Assembly: GCF_900200035.1 (NCBI RefSeq)
Contig: NZ_FZTC01000009.1
Coordinates: 1 to 64,000 of the forward strand
Direction: 5' to 3'
DNA: 64,000 nt
DNA from: Klebsiella grimontii
GTDB taxonomy: Bacteria; Pseudomonadota; Gammaproteobacteria; Enterobacterales; Enterobacteriaceae
Made by a program: the position numbers and the translations under genes. Within the stretch, counting starts at the first letter, position 1. Each line of letters opens with the position of its first letter. The notes below the pieces were generated by a model. The model did not search any database. It was given only the letters and a program-made list of their open reading frames with translations, and was not told the DNA's origin. Below are positions 11,953-23,347 of this stretch, piece by piece.

Positions 11953-13584
11953 GTGTTAACTCTGCTACACCTGTTGTCCGCCGTCGCTCTACTAGTGTGG
12001 GGCACCCATATCGTCCGTACTGGCGTGATGCGCGTCTACGGCGCTCGCCTGCGCAGCGTGCTCAGCAGCAGCGTAGAGAAAAAACCGCTCGCCTTCTGCG
12101 CGGGGATCGGCGTTACCGCGCTGGTCCAGAGCAGCAACGCCACCACTATGCTGGTCACCTCTTTTGTCGCCCAGGATCTGGTGGCGCTGGCCCCTGCGCT
12201 AGTGATGGTGCTGGGCGCTGACGTCGGTACCGCGCTGATGGCGAGGGTGCTGACCTTCGACCTGTCGTGGCTTTCGCCGCTGCTGATTTTTATCGGCGTG
12301 ATTTTCTTCCTTGGCCGCAAACAAACGCGCGCGGGCCAGCTTGGGCGCGTGGGGATTGGCTTAGGACTGATTCTGCTGGCGCTGGAGCTGATCGTCCAGG
12401 CGGTGCATCCCATCACCCAGGCCAACGGGGTACAGGTGATTTTCGCCTCTTTGACCGGCGATATTATGCTGGATGCGCTGATCGGCGCGGTGTTTGCCAT
12501 CATCAGCTATTCCAGTCTGGCGGCGGTGCTGCTGACCGCGACGTTAACCGCCACCGGCGTGATTTCGTTTCCGGTGGCGCTGTGCCTGGTGATCGGCGCC
12601 AACCTCGGCTCCGGACTGCTGGCCATGTTAAACAACAGCGGCGCCAATGCCGCCGCGCGCCGCGTTGCGCTCGGCAGCCTGCTGTTTAAGCTGGTGGGCA
12701 GCCTGATTATCCTGCCGTTTGTGCATCTGTTGGCAAACGTCATGGATGAACTCCCGCTGCAAAAATCCGAGCTGGTCATCTATTTCCACGTCTTCTACAA
12801 CCTGATCCGCTGTATCGCCATGGTGCCGTTCGCCGGGCCGATGGCGAATCTCTGTAAGCGCCTGATTCGCGATGAGCCGGAGCTGGATGCGCGACTGAAG
12901 CCGAAGCACCTGGATACTTCGGCGCTGGATACGCCCGCGCTGGCGCTGGCCAATGCCGCCCGTGAAACCCTGCGTATCGGCGATGCCATGGAGCAGATGC
13001 TGGAAAGCCTGCGTAAAGTGATGCACGGCGAGCCGCGTGAGGAGAAAGAGCTACGGCGGATGGCGGATGATATCAACGTGCTTTACACCGCGATTAAGCT
13101 CTATCTGGCGCGGATGCCGAAAGAGGAGCTGGCGGATGAGGAGTCCCGCCGCTGGGCGGAAATTATCGAAATGGCGCTCAACCTCGAGCAGGCTTCGGAT
13201 ATTGTCGAAAGGATGGGGAGCGAAATCGCCGATAAATCGCTGGCCGCGCGCCGCGCATTCTCTATGGAGGGGCTGAAAGAGCTGGACGCGCTCTACGATC
13301 AGCTGCTCAGCAATCTGCAGCTGGCGATGTCGGTCTTCTTCTCCGGCGACGTGCCGAGCGCCCGCCGCCTGCGACGCAGCAAGCATCGTTTTCGCATTAT
13401 GAACCGCCGCTACTCACACGCGCACGTTGACCGTCTGCATCAGCAAAACGTGCAGAGTATTGAAACCAGTACGCTGCACCTCGCGCTGCTGGGCGATATG
13501 AAACGTCTTAACTCGCTGTTCTGCTCAGTAGCCTATAGCGTGATGGAGCAGCCGGATGAGGACGATGAGCGCGATGATTATTAA
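11953..13584 (+). CDS. yjbB: Na/Pi-cotransporter family protein with PhoU-like domain
   Basis: 543-aa polytopic membrane protein; conserved neighbour of metH; matches YjbB. Confidence 0.88.
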   Translation: MLTLLHLLSAVALLVWGTHIVRTGVMRVYGARLRSVLSSSVEKKPLAFCAGIGVTALVQSSNATTMLVTSFVAQDLVALAPALVMVLGADVGTALMARVLTFDLSWLSPLLIFIGVIFFLGRKQTRAGQLGRVGIGLGLILLALELIVQAVHPITQANGVQVIFASLTGDIMLDALIGAVFAIISYSSLAAVLLTATLTATGVISFPVALCLVIGANLGSGLLAMLNNSGANAAARRVALGSLLFKLVGSLIILPFVHLLANVMDELPLQKSELVIYFHVFYNLIRCIAMVPFAGPMANLCKRLIRDEPELDARLKPKHLDTSALDTPALALANAARETLRIGDAMEQMLESLRKVMHGEPREEKELRRMADDINVLYTAIKLYLARMPKEELADEESRRWAEIIEMALNLEQASDIVERMGSEIADKSLAARRAFSMEGLKELDALYDQLLSNLQLAMSVFFSGDVPSARRLRRSKHRFRIMNRRYSHAHVDRLHQQNVQSIETSTLHLALLGDMKRLNSLFCSVAYSVMEQPDEDDERDDY

Positions 13585-13618
13585 GCGCTGATGAGCCGCC
13601 TGACATCCCCGGTTCGCG

Positions 13619-13699
13619 CTGCGCTTAGCCGGGCTACAGGATTACCGCCGTCTGCGGGCCGGTAGCCCGGGTAAGGCGTTTACGCCGCAACCCGGGGAA

Positions 13700-13700
<1 letters not shown>
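13619..13700. repeat. REP/BIME-like palindromic element
   Basis: gccgggctacag…gccggtagcccgggtaaggcg…cgccgcaacccgggg; same family recurs at ~4801-4865, 24900-25010, 44900-44990, 57040-57125. Confidence 0.7.
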
Positions 13701-15020
<1,320 letters not shown>

Positions 15021-15069
15021 AGCCCGGACAGGCGCAACGCGCCGCCTCCGGGACAAGAGCAAGCAGGGA

Positions 15070-15759
15070 TCAGAAACGATGACCAGCGTTGAGGGTTACT
15101 GCTTCTTCTCCGGCTCTGAACACCAGCGTCGGATTCGGGCCGCCGAGGGTGGCGTGGCCCTGCGTCACCTGAATCCAGTTGCCTTCCGGCAGACCGATAA
15201 TCGTCAGCTCTGGCGCAACCACCAGCAGCTCGCGGATCCGCTGCTCGCGGGTCTCGCCTTTATGGCCTTCCGGCAGCGCGTTGGTGAAATGCGGGTTAAT
15301 TTGCAGCGGGAACAACCCCAGCGCAGCAAAACCGTTAGGGTCGACAATCGGCATATCGTTAGTGGTGCGAATCGTCGGACAGGCCAGGTTAGCGCCCGCG
15401 CTCCAGCCGATATACAGCGCTCCGCGCTTCACCACATCCACCATCGGCGCCAGCAGGCCGCGTTCGCGGCACTCTTTCAGCAGCTGAAAGGTGTTGCCGC
15501 CGCCGACGATAACTATCTCCGCATTCGCAATCGCCGACACCGGGTCCGCGACGCTGTGAATACCGGTGACCGTGACGCCCATTGGGCTGAAGACGGCGGC
15601 GGTTTTCGCGGTGTAATCGTCCCAGGTTTGCGTTACCCCGGCGAAAGGAATAAATACCGCAGAACGGCGGCCGTTTAGCTGCCCGGCAATGGTCGGCAGC
15701 GCATGTTCCAGCCAGGCTTTGCCCGGCAGCGTTGAGTTACTCAATAGCAGCAGTTCCAT
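15070..15759 (-). CDS. pepE: dipeptidase E (alpha-aspartyl dipeptidase)
   Basis: Near-identity to E. coli PepE ([22 protein letters not shown]…). Confidence 0.93.
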   Translation of the reverse strand: MELLLLSNSTLPGKAWLEHALPTIAGQLNGRRSAVFIPFAGVTQTWDDYTAKTAAVFSPMGVTVTGIHSVADPVSAIANAEIVIVGGGNTFQLLKECRERGLLAPMVDVVKRGALYIGWSAGANLACPTIRTTNDMPIVDPNGFAALGLFPLQINPHFTNALPEGHKGETREQRIRELLVVAPELTIIGLPEGNWIQVTQGHATLGGPNPTLVFRAGEEAVTLNAGHRF

Positions 15760-16052
15760 CATTTCTCCATTTGGCCAGATGATTATTCGGGCAGGGATGT
15801 TATCACAGGATATCTTACCGCTTGCTGACGTGGCTCACGCTGAGACGCGCTGAGCATAGCGGAACGGCGATTATTGGCGCAGCGACTCTCTGAATTAATC
15901 TGGAAAGCGCCTCGCAGACTGACTCTACCGGGCGTGACAGGTTAGCGGGAACCGCTTAGTTTTACGTTGATGATTCACAGGCAAAGGAATAGAAAATGCT
16001 CGTTTATTACGCTAATCTGAGGCATGTCATGCGCATTACCATGGGGGCTATC

Positions 16053-16289
16053 ATGCGCACTACGTCGAACGTTAAAAAATCAGTCAATGTCTCGCTTTCG
16101 CCTGAAATCCTGGAAGAGGCGCGTAAACTTAAAATCAACATTTCGGCGGTTTTAACGGAAGCTTTACTTGAGAAATTTCGTGAGCACAAACGTGAAGAGT
16201 GGTTACGAGACAATAAGAAATCGATCGATACGATTAACCAATGGGTAGAAGAAAACGGTTCGTTTAGTGATTTTCAAAGGCCGTTCTGA
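16053..16289 (+). CDS. ccdA: CcdA-family antitoxin
   Basis: 78 aa from MRTTSNVKK… with GGGGG Shine-Dalgarno; C-terminus …NQWVEENGSFSDFQRPF parallels F-plasmid CcdA …ARFIEMNGSFADENRDW; stop overlaps ccdB start (TGATG). Confidence 0.8.
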   Translation: MRTTSNVKKSVNVSLSPEILEEARKLKINISAVLTEALLEKFREHKREEWLRDNKKSIDTINQWVEENGSFSDFQRPF

Positions 16290-16606
16290 TGGAACAATAT
16301 TGCGCTTATGAGAATACGGGAAGCGGTAAAAAGGTTTTCCCTTATTTAATCAACCTGCAGCATCCGGTCGCGAATGTCCTGAAGCATATCCTGGTTGCCC
16401 CTGTGATAGAACAAAACCAACTACCTGATACCCAGCCTCCGACCAAAATTTGCCCCGTGATTACGATTGCCGGTCAAACTTATATTGTGATGACGCATAT
16501 GATGGCGGGTTTGCAGCAAAAAGAACTGGGCAAGTGCGTTGCTGATTTGACGGCGGACAGGGCTGCGCTGCGCGATGCAATCGACTTTCTGATCAACGGT
16601 TATTAG
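16289..16606 (+). CDS. ccdB: CcdB-family gyrase-poisoning toxin
   Basis: 105 aa; C-terminal half …IAGQTYIVMTHMMAGLQQKELGKCVADLTADRAALRDAIDFLINGY aligns with F CcdB …[46 protein letters not shown]. Confidence 0.8.
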   Translation: MEQYCAYENTGSGKKVFPYLINLQHPVANVLKHILVAPVIEQNQLPDTQPPTKICPVITIAGQTYIVMTHMMAGLQQKELGKCVADLTADRAALRDAIDFLINGY

Positions 16607-16637
16607 AGCGCCCTCCCTGGCGCTCACCGTTTTGCCC

Positions 16638-17453
16638 CTACCCTCTGGCAAAGGCCGCGGCTTCAGCGACAAGCGCCGCGTCCGGACGCACGCCGGTGTA
16701 GAGCGCAAACTGCTCCACCGCCTGCAGGGCAATCACCTCCGCGCCGCTGATAACGCGCTTGTCCAGCCTCTGCGCCAGCCTGATAAGCGGGGTTTCCGGC
16801 GGTAGCGCGACCACGTCAAATACCACGGCGGCCCGTTCCACCATTGTCTGGCTAAAGGCCAGGGTTTCGCTTTCCGCACCGCCCGCCATACCGAGCGGGG
16901 TGACGTTAACCAGAATATCCGCCGCCATTCCCTCCGGCCTGGGCTGCCACTGAAAACCGTACTGCTTCGCCAGCGCCAGGCCGCGCTCGCGATGGCGGGC
17001 GGCGATAATCACATCGCGGAAACCGGCATCGCGGAAGGCGGCGATGACCGCTTTGCCCATCCCGCCGCTGCCCTGGATCATCACTTTGGCGGAGGCGTCG
17101 AGCCGATGGCTGTCAATCAGGCTTTTTACCGCGATATAGTCAGTATTCAGCCCGGTCAGCCTGCCGTCGTCGTTGACGATGGTGTTGACCGAATCAATCA
17201 CCTTTGCCGAAGGGTCAAGCGCGTCGAGAAACGGTATACAGCTCTCTTTAAACGGCATCGAGACCGCGCAGCCGCGAACGCCTAATGCGCGCACGCCGTT
17301 TACCGCCGCGGCAATGTCCTGGGTGGTAAAGGCTTTATAGATATAATTCAGCCCGAGCTTTTCATACAGATAGTTATGAAAGCGGGTGCCGAAGTTGCCC
17401 GGGCGACCGGCCAGCGACATGCACAGCTGCGTATCGCGATTAATCATGAGCAA
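16638..17453 (-). CDS. shikimate/quinate 5-dehydrogenase-family protein (AroE/YdiB-like)
   Basis: 271 aa with SDH N-terminal substrate domain and GxGGxG Rossmann (IQGSGGMGKAV); overlaps sorE 3' end by 14 nt, same strand. Confidence 0.7.
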   Translation of the reverse strand: MLMINRDTQLCMSLAGRPGNFGTRFHNYLYEKLGLNYIYKAFTTQDIAAAVNGVRALGVRGCAVSMPFKESCIPFLDALDPSAKVIDSVNTIVNDDGRLTGLNTDYIAVKSLIDSHRLDASAKVMIQGSGGMGKAVIAAFRDAGFRDVIIAARHRERGLALAKQYGFQWQPRPEGMAADILVNVTPLGMAGGAESETLAFSQTMVERAAVVFDVVALPPETPLIRLAQRLDKRVISGAEVIALQAVEQFALYTGVRPDAALVAEAAAFARG

Positions 17454-18669
17454 TATCCTCCGCGTGGGCCAGCAGATACTCCTCCGCCTCTTTTGACCAG
17501 ATACCGTGATGGCGCTCCATGATCGCCGCCAGCTGCGGATCGCGGATTTCTCCCAGCGGCGTCAGCGGGATATTTTTCCCGGTATAGACCAGCTTTTTAC
17601 CGCCGCCAACCGCCGGTAAATCCAGGGTCGTCTCGCCCGCCGCGTTCAGCCCCAGAATATGTGTCACCACCTTCGCGGCCTGGACTTTTTTCGCCTGCAT
17701 CAGCGCGACGGCGGCGCGCATATCGTCGGTATTGCCCCCGGAGGTGCCAACGTAGTGGGTAAAGGCGTAATGCACATCGTAAAAATTGATCGGCGCGCTG
17801 AACTGCTTATCCTGCGGACCGGCGAAGAAGTTCAGGCAGCCGTCTGCGGCCAGCAGCGAGGAAGCCAGGGTGATGAGCTGTTCATTTGGGACGAAGACGA
17901 AGATATCGTCAAAACCGTGGCCGCCGGAGAGCGCCATCAGCGTTTCGCGGCTGGCGTCACGCCCATCAAGATAGTGAATCAACGTTTGCGGCTCGGAGGG
18001 ATAGTGCTGGCGCGCATAGCTGAGCTTGGGCTTATTGGTGTCGGTGACCACCAGCAGCGCCGGATTGATCGGGCCATGCAGCGCGTAGTCGATAGCCAGC
18101 AGCCCCATCGGGCCGGTGCCGCCGAGGATCAGCGTGCGCCCCTGTGGGCGAATGCCCATCACATGGTTATAGCTGCCTTCCTGCAGATGATAGTTGGCGT
18201 TGAACGCGCCGATCACGCAGGAAAGCGGTTCCACCAGCGAGCCTTCAAACCAGGTATCGCCTTCCCAGGAAAGCAAACAATCCTGTTCCATCACCTCGTT
18301 GGGGATCACCACGTGGGTGGCTTCGCCGCCGATCCACGGGAAGGAATAGCCGGGGCAGTCCGGGCGATCCGGCAGCTGCAGGTTGGCCTGAATAACATAG
18401 CGTTGACCAGCGCGAAACTTGTGCTGCCACTTTTTGCCGACGGCGATAATTTCCCCGCAGAACTCATGGCCGATGATGATCGGGTTGGTCGCCACATCGT
18501 CCGGCACCTTTTTGTGGTCCTCGCCCTGGTTCGCCTCTTTCCATGAGGAGAGGCACAGGCTGTCGGTGACCACCCGGGCGAGGATTTCATCATCCTGCAT
18601 CGCCGGGAGTTCGAAGGTTTCCAGGCGCAGGTCGCGTTTGCCGTACAGGCGCAGGGCTGTTGTTTGCAT
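17440..18669 (-). CDS. sorE: L-sorbose-1-phosphate reductase (Zn-dependent MDR alcohol dehydrogenase)
   Basis: MDR ADH signature GHEFCGEI, GGTGPMG cofactor motif; last gene of sorCDFBAME arrangement; start chosen at MQTTALRLYG with GAGGTGG SD. Confidence 0.8.
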   Translation of the reverse strand: MQTTALRLYGKRDLRLETFELPAMQDDEILARVVTDSLCLSSWKEANQGEDHKKVPDDVATNPIIIGHEFCGEIIAVGKKWQHKFRAGQRYVIQANLQLPDRPDCPGYSFPWIGGEATHVVIPNEVMEQDCLLSWEGDTWFEGSLVEPLSCVIGAFNANYHLQEGSYNHVMGIRPQGRTLILGGTGPMGLLAIDYALHGPINPALLVVTDTNKPKLSYARQHYPSEPQTLIHYLDGRDASRETLMALSGGHGFDDIFVFVPNEQLITLASSLLAADGCLNFFAGPQDKQFSAPINFYDVHYAFTHYVGTSGGNTDDMRAAVALMQAKKVQAAKVVTHILGLNAAGETTLDLPAVGGGKKLVYTGKNIPLTPLGEIRDPQLAAIMERHHGIWSKEAEEYLLAHAEDIAHD

Positions 18670-18792
18670 ATTTACCACCTCATCCCCTTCATCTTTCACA
18701 TTACGGGTACGTTCGGTTGCCGCCTTGCCGTACTGCGAAATCTGTTGGGGCTAACTTGTTGAAGTAGCCCCGGCATCGTCGGGGCGGAATAA

Positions 18793-19629
18793 TCAGGACA
18801 GGAAGCCCAGCGCGTTACCGAGTATCCCCAAACCGAACAGGGCGAAAATCAGCCATACCGGGTTCACTTTCTTATTGAGCAGACGCACCATCAGCAGGGT
18901 CAGGCCCAGGGCCAGCAGGCCGGGGCAGAGCTGATCGAGGATGTTCTGTACGGTCATGGTGACGGTCGAGCCATCGGCGCCCGGCGTTTGCGAGACCACC
19001 AGCGGTACATTGATAGTGGTCCACTTGGTGACCAGCACGCCCATCACAAACAGGCCAAGAATGGAGGCGCCTTCGGTCAGTTTTTGCAGCAGGTTACCGC
19101 CCATCTCGCTGACGATATTGACCCCTTTACGGAAGCCAAGCTGCAGCCCGTACCACTTCATAGCCAGACGCACCGCATTGAAAATAAAGAAGAACAGCAG
19201 CGGGCCAACCAGGTTTCCGGAGAGCGCCAGCGAAGCGCCGAGGGCGGCGGTAATCGGCCGCAGCGTGCCCCACACCAGCGGGTCACCCACCCCGGCCAGC
19301 GGGCCCATCAGGCCGACTTTGATCCCGTTGATGGCGCCATCGTCGATAGCGGCGCCGTTGGCCCGCGCTTCCTCCATCGCGACGGTCACGCCAATCACCG
19401 GCCCACACACCGCCGGGGTGGTGTTAAAGAACACCAGATGGCGCTTCAGCGCGGCGACCTGATCCTCCTTCAGCGGATAGAGGCGCTTGATGGCCGGGAT
19501 CATGTCGTAGCAAAAGCCAAGCCCGTGAATACGCTCGAAGTTGAATGACGCCTGCTGCAGGTTGGAGCGCAGAAACATGCTCACCAGGTCGCCTTGGGTA
19601 ATTTTTCTCTGTTCCATGTTGGGCTCCAT
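18793..19629 (-). CDS. sorM: PTS mannose/sorbose-family EIID component
   Basis: 278-aa membrane protein typical of EIID-Man family; position in sor operon. Confidence 0.85.
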   Translation of the reverse strand: MEPNMEQRKITQGDLVSMFLRSNLQQASFNFERIHGLGFCYDMIPAIKRLYPLKEDQVAALKRHLVFFNTTPAVCGPVIGVTVAMEEARANGAAIDDGAINGIKVGLMGPLAGVGDPLVWGTLRPITAALGASLALSGNLVGPLLFFFIFNAVRLAMKWYGLQLGFRKGVNIVSEMGGNLLQKLTEGASILGLFVMGVLVTKWTTINVPLVVSQTPGADGSTVTMTVQNILDQLCPGLLALGLTLLMVRLLNKKVNPVWLIFALFGLGILGNALGFLS

Positions 19630-20426
19630 CAGTCGTCAAGCTGGTCAAGGGCGGTGGAAGAGGTGGCGGCAGCCTGCGGTTCGGATTTGCGCCACTGTGG
19701 ATTGAGCTGGATATAAATCAGCGCGATGATGACCCCTACGCCGCCGAAGGCCAGCAGGCTGAAATCGAGATAGCCGCCCGCAAGGAAGCCGAGGAAGAAG
19801 AAGGGCATCAGATACTTCACGCCCATCATGCGCAGCACCATGGCGTAGCCGACCACCACGATAAAACCGCCGGCGATTTGCAGACCGCGGGTAACGAATT
19901 CTGGGATGGCGTTGAGCATATTGCTGACCATATCCGCGCTGACAAACAGAGAAACGATGAGTGCGGGAATGGCGACGCGCAGCGCCTGAACGCCCAGCGC
20001 CGATACGTGCAGCAGATCGATTGTCCCGAAGCGCGCTTCTTCTGCTGCCTTATCCGCCGCGTGCTGAAACACCACGGTAAGGGTACGGGCGAACACGGTG
20101 AGCACCTGGCCCGCCGCGGCGACCGGCAGCGCAATCGCTATTCCAGTAGCGATACTTTGCTGGCCCACGATCACCAGGATGGCGGAGATAATGCTGGCTA
20201 ACGCCGAATCCGGAGACTGCGCCGCGCCGACGTTCATCCAGCCGAGCGCGATCAGCTCCAGCGTGCCGCCGAGCATAATCCCGGTTTTTAAATCGCCGAG
20301 AATTAAGCCAATCACGGTACAGGCGATTAATGGGCGATGAGTCTGGAATTCATCCAGCACGCTGCCCATCCCGGCAATACAGGAAAAAATAAATATGGCG
20401 ATGATTTGTAGGGTACTTATTTCCAT
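19629..20426 (-). CDS. sorA: PTS mannose/sorbose-family EIIC component
   Basis: 265-aa polytopic EIIC-Man family protein; start overlaps sorM. Confidence 0.85.
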   Translation of the reverse strand: MEISTLQIIAIFIFSCIAGMGSVLDEFQTHRPLIACTVIGLILGDLKTGIMLGGTLELIALGWMNVGAAQSPDSALASIISAILVIVGQQSIATGIAIALPVAAAGQVLTVFARTLTVVFQHAADKAAEEARFGTIDLLHVSALGVQALRVAIPALIVSLFVSADMVSNMLNAIPEFVTRGLQIAGGFIVVVGYAMVLRMMGVKYLMPFFFLGFLAGGYLDFSLLAFGGVGVIIALIYIQLNPQWRKSEPQAAATSSTALDQLDD

Positions 20427-20614
20427 AATTTTTCACCTTGAGGGTATAGAAATCCCTGCCTGTTACGGCATTTACACGCTGTCCTTCAGGCTGCCTCTTT
20501 GTTGACGACACTTTCTCGCCCCAGTCACATAGTTATCTATGCTGCTGGTGACTCGCTCATTTGTCGCCGCGATGCATCCAGAATGACAGTGTGTAATAAA
20601 ACAGGAGCCTTTTA

Positions 20615-21109
20615 TTATTCTGTTACGGACTGCTCTGCTATTTTATCGAGAATATTAACTGACGGATCCGAGGCTACGACGCGTAAATCAAGATTAACAC
20701 CCAACTTATCTAACTGCTGAAAGGCATTAATATCCGCTTCGTCTAATGAGACCGCTTTGGTTAATTGTTTTTTACCCGGACGCCAGGCCATGCCGCCAAT
20801 ATTCAGGGTGGCTATGTTGACGCCCTGCTGCACCATGGTTAGTACGTCCTGCGGGTTGGTGAATAAATAAAAAACGGTTTCGTCCTGATATTGCGGGTTG
20901 TGATAAACGGCGACGGCTTTCTCAAGATTCACCACGTTGACCTTCATGCCCGGAGGCGCGGCCTGGCGAAGCAGCGTGCGGCGAACGTCGTCATTATAAA
21001 CGTCGTCATTACAGATAATAATGCGCTGGGCGTTAGCCACTTTTGACCAAACGGTGGTGACCTGGCCGTGAATCAGGCGGTCATCAATGCGTGCGAGCGT
21101 AATGTTCAT
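20615..21109 (-). CDS. sorB: PTS sorbose-specific EIIB component
   Basis: 164 aa, MNITLARIDDRLIHGQV EIIB-Man signature with phospho-His. Confidence 0.85.
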   Translation of the reverse strand: MNITLARIDDRLIHGQVTTVWSKVANAQRIIICNDDVYNDDVRRTLLRQAAPPGMKVNVVNLEKAVAVYHNPQYQDETVFYLFTNPQDVLTMVQQGVNIATLNIGGMAWRPGKKQLTKAVSLDEADINAFQQLDKLGVNLDLRVVASDPSVNILDKIAEQSVTE

Positions 21110-21516
21110 CAGAAATCCTCCTCAACGGTTTCCGGCTGCCGCCAGGTGACGCAGCACTGGCTGGCGATGGTCTCAAGATGTTGGCACAGTTCTTCTGCAT
21201 GCATCGTTTGCTGGTTATCCACCAGCTCCAGAGCCAGTGGTAGCGACAGGCCGCTGATGACCCGGAGCCGCGGGTTGCGCATCGCCAGCCCGGCGGCGGC
21301 GTTCCACGGGCTGCCGCACTGGAGATCGACGGCGATAAGCCACTCCTCCTCTTTGTGAGTACTTACCAACTTTTCAAGCTTATCGGCGATATCGCCCGCG
21401 TTTTCTCCCGGTACAAATTCCACGGCGCTAACGTTGACATCGCCGTAGACCATGCGCACCGAGTCGAGCATGGCGCAGGCTAGCTGGCCGTGGGCGCAGA
21501 AGATGACGTTAACCAT
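21109..21516 (-). CDS. sorF: PTS sorbose-specific EIIA component
   Basis: 135 aa, EIIA-Man family (MVNVIFCAHGQLA…). Confidence 0.85.
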   Translation of the reverse strand: MVNVIFCAHGQLACAMLDSVRMVYGDVNVSAVEFVPGENAGDIADKLEKLVSTHKEEEWLIAVDLQCGSPWNAAAGLAMRNPRLRVISGLSLPLALELVDNQQTMHAEELCQHLETIASQCCVTWRQPETVEEDF

Positions 21517-21525
21517 TTTCCCCCC

Positions 21526-22329
21526 TTAGCCGCGCGTTTTTCCGCCGGCGATGTTAGTGGTTACTCCGGTCATGTAGCTGGCGCGTTCTGAGAGTAGATA
21601 GCAAACAAAATCAGCCACTTCAGTGAGTCGACCGGAGCGGCCAAGAGGAATAGAATTTTTGCTATAGCCTTCGCGCAGCTGTTCGACGGTAATATTACGG
21701 GTCCAGGCCAACGCTTCTTCATACTCCGGGGTTCGCAGACCGGTTTTTTCCAGAATGCCCGGCGCGACGCCCACCACGCGGATACCGTGCTTGCCCAGCT
21801 CTTTCGACCAGGAGCGGGTAAAGCTGTTCAGCGCGGCCTTGGTCGCGGCATAGCAGCTCTGGCCTTCCGAGCCTTCGAGGCCGCTTTCCGACGAGACGTT
21901 AACAATCACGCCGCTGCGCTGTTTAACCATCTGGCGCGCCACCGCCTGCGACATCAGGAATACGCCTTTCTGGTTGATATTGACCATTTTTTCGAATGCC
22001 GCTTCATTTAATTCATAGCGACCGGACGGTGCTTTCTCATCGACTAATAAGCGCGGGAAGTTAACGCCAGCGTTATTGACTAAACCATCGATGCGGCCAA
22101 AACGTTGAATAATATGGTCGACGGTTTTATGTACTTCGCTGGCGCTGGATATATCGGTAGGCCAGAAGTTATAATTACCGCTACTCTGATGCTTATCGCC
22201 ACCGTGAATATCGATCATCTGCACGTTCGCGCCCTGGGCTAATAACTCATCGACAATCGCCAGGCCAATTCCTGATGCGCCGCCGGTCACGATAATTATT
22301 TTTTCTTTTAAATTTAACCATGTATTCAT
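21526..22329 (-). CDS. sorD: sorbitol-6-phosphate 2-dehydrogenase (SDR family)
   Basis: 267 aa SDR: TGGASGIGLA cofactor motif, S-Y-K catalytic pattern (YAATK); position in sor operon. Confidence 0.85.
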   Translation of the reverse strand: MNTWLNLKEKIIIVTGGASGIGLAIVDELLAQGANVQMIDIHGGDKHQSSGNYNFWPTDISSASEVHKTVDHIIQRFGRIDGLVNNAGVNFPRLLVDEKAPSGRYELNEAAFEKMVNINQKGVFLMSQAVARQMVKQRSGVIVNVSSESGLEGSEGQSCYAATKAALNSFTRSWSKELGKHGIRVVGVAPGILEKTGLRTPEYEEALAWTRNITVEQLREGYSKNSIPLGRSGRLTEVADFVCYLLSERASYMTGVTTNIAGGKTRG

Positions 22330-22399
22330 TATCGACTCCTGTTTCTTTAGATAAAGGGATCCCCCGCAGCAGCGCTGCGTGAAAACATATTCCTGAAAT

Positions 22400-23347
22400 T
22401 TACTTCAGTAATGACTCAGCGGTTTCTCGATTCGTCACCAGACAGTTAATGTAATGACCGTTTAAGGCACCAAGAATGCCGGAGTATTTTTCCGCGCCCA
22501 TCGCGATGCCTACCGAATAGCGCGCCTGTCTGAGTTTCGCCATCTCAATAGAGAGCGTTTTCTCACTCATGGCGGTCTCTACCATCAGGCCATCAATATT
22601 ATAAAAGCGTGAGCAGATATCTCCGGCAACCTGGCGGGCGTTAAGATCGTCACTCTCTTCACTGCCGTAAAACGCGTGCCAGTTTGCGCCGTCGCGGATC
22701 GCCGGGGAACCAATCCCCACCAGCGCGACGTCCAGGTTATCCCAGTAGGAGGCAATCGTTTTAAAGTGCTGTGACTGCATAATACCGTTGCGAATCAATT
22801 TATTATCGAGAAGTGCCGGAAAGTCGGCGAGATGAGATTCCGCTTTCAGCTTCGCCGCTGCGCCGTAGGTCAGCGTATTCACGTGGTAGCGGCTTTCCAG
22901 TTTGCCGGAGGGGCCGCCGATAATCGGCACGCAGATAACCTGGCGGGACTGACCGGCCTGTGGCAGATTCTCCACCAGCGCGCGCACCGCCCGCCCCCAG
23001 GAGAAGCCGATGATATCGCCCGGCTCCAGCAGCCTATCAACCAATTGCGCGCCATGCTGGCCGATGAGATTGAGCTGATCCTCCTCCTGTAGAGCGTCGC
23101 TGGCCGCCACCACCACCTCTTTGAGGGCAAATTTTTGTTTTAGCTGCTGCTCAAGCCACAGATTTTCGTTGTAGTCATAGTTGATGGCGATAGTGACGAT
23201 GCCCTGCTCGCGGCCGCGTTTCAACAGGCGGCTGATGGTGGTGCGATATATCCCCAGTTCGCGGGCTATCTGCGCCTGGGTCATATCCTGCTCGTAATAG
23301 AGCTGGGCGATTTTCACGATCAGACGAATATCGTCGCTGTTTTCCAT
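22400..23347 (-). CDS. sorC: sor operon regulator SorC (SorC/DeoR family, sugar-phosphate binding domain)
   Basis: Begins MENSDDIRLIVKIAQLYYEQDMTQAQIARELGIYRTTISRLLKRG (HTH) and matches K. pneumoniae SorC as recalled; track ORF extends 28 codons upstream. Confidence 0.85.
   Translation of the reverse strand: MENSDDIRLIVKIAQLYYEQDMTQAQIARELGIYRTTISRLLKRGREQGIVTIAINYDYNENLWLEQQLKQKFALKEVVVAASDALQEEDQLNLIGQHGAQLVDRLLEPGDIIGFSWGRAVRALVENLPQAGQSRQVICVPIIGGPSGKLESRYHVNTLTYGAAAKLKAESHLADFPALLDNKLIRNGIMQSQHFKTIASYWDNLDVALVGIGSPAIRDGANWHAFYGSEESDDLNARQVAGDICSRFYNIDGLMVETAMSEKTLSIEMAKLRQARYSVGIAMGAEKYSGILGALNGHYINCLVTNRETAESLLK

Noticed and set aside
12036-13386. Several 90-155-aa ORFs in alternate frames within yjbB
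   Set aside because: They overlap the well-supported yjbB membrane-protein frame. They are Ala/Arg-rich GC-frame artefacts.
16007-16213. 68-aa minus-strand ORF overlapping ccdA
   Set aside because: Antisense to the ccdA frame, which has clear family similarity and an SD. No support of its own.
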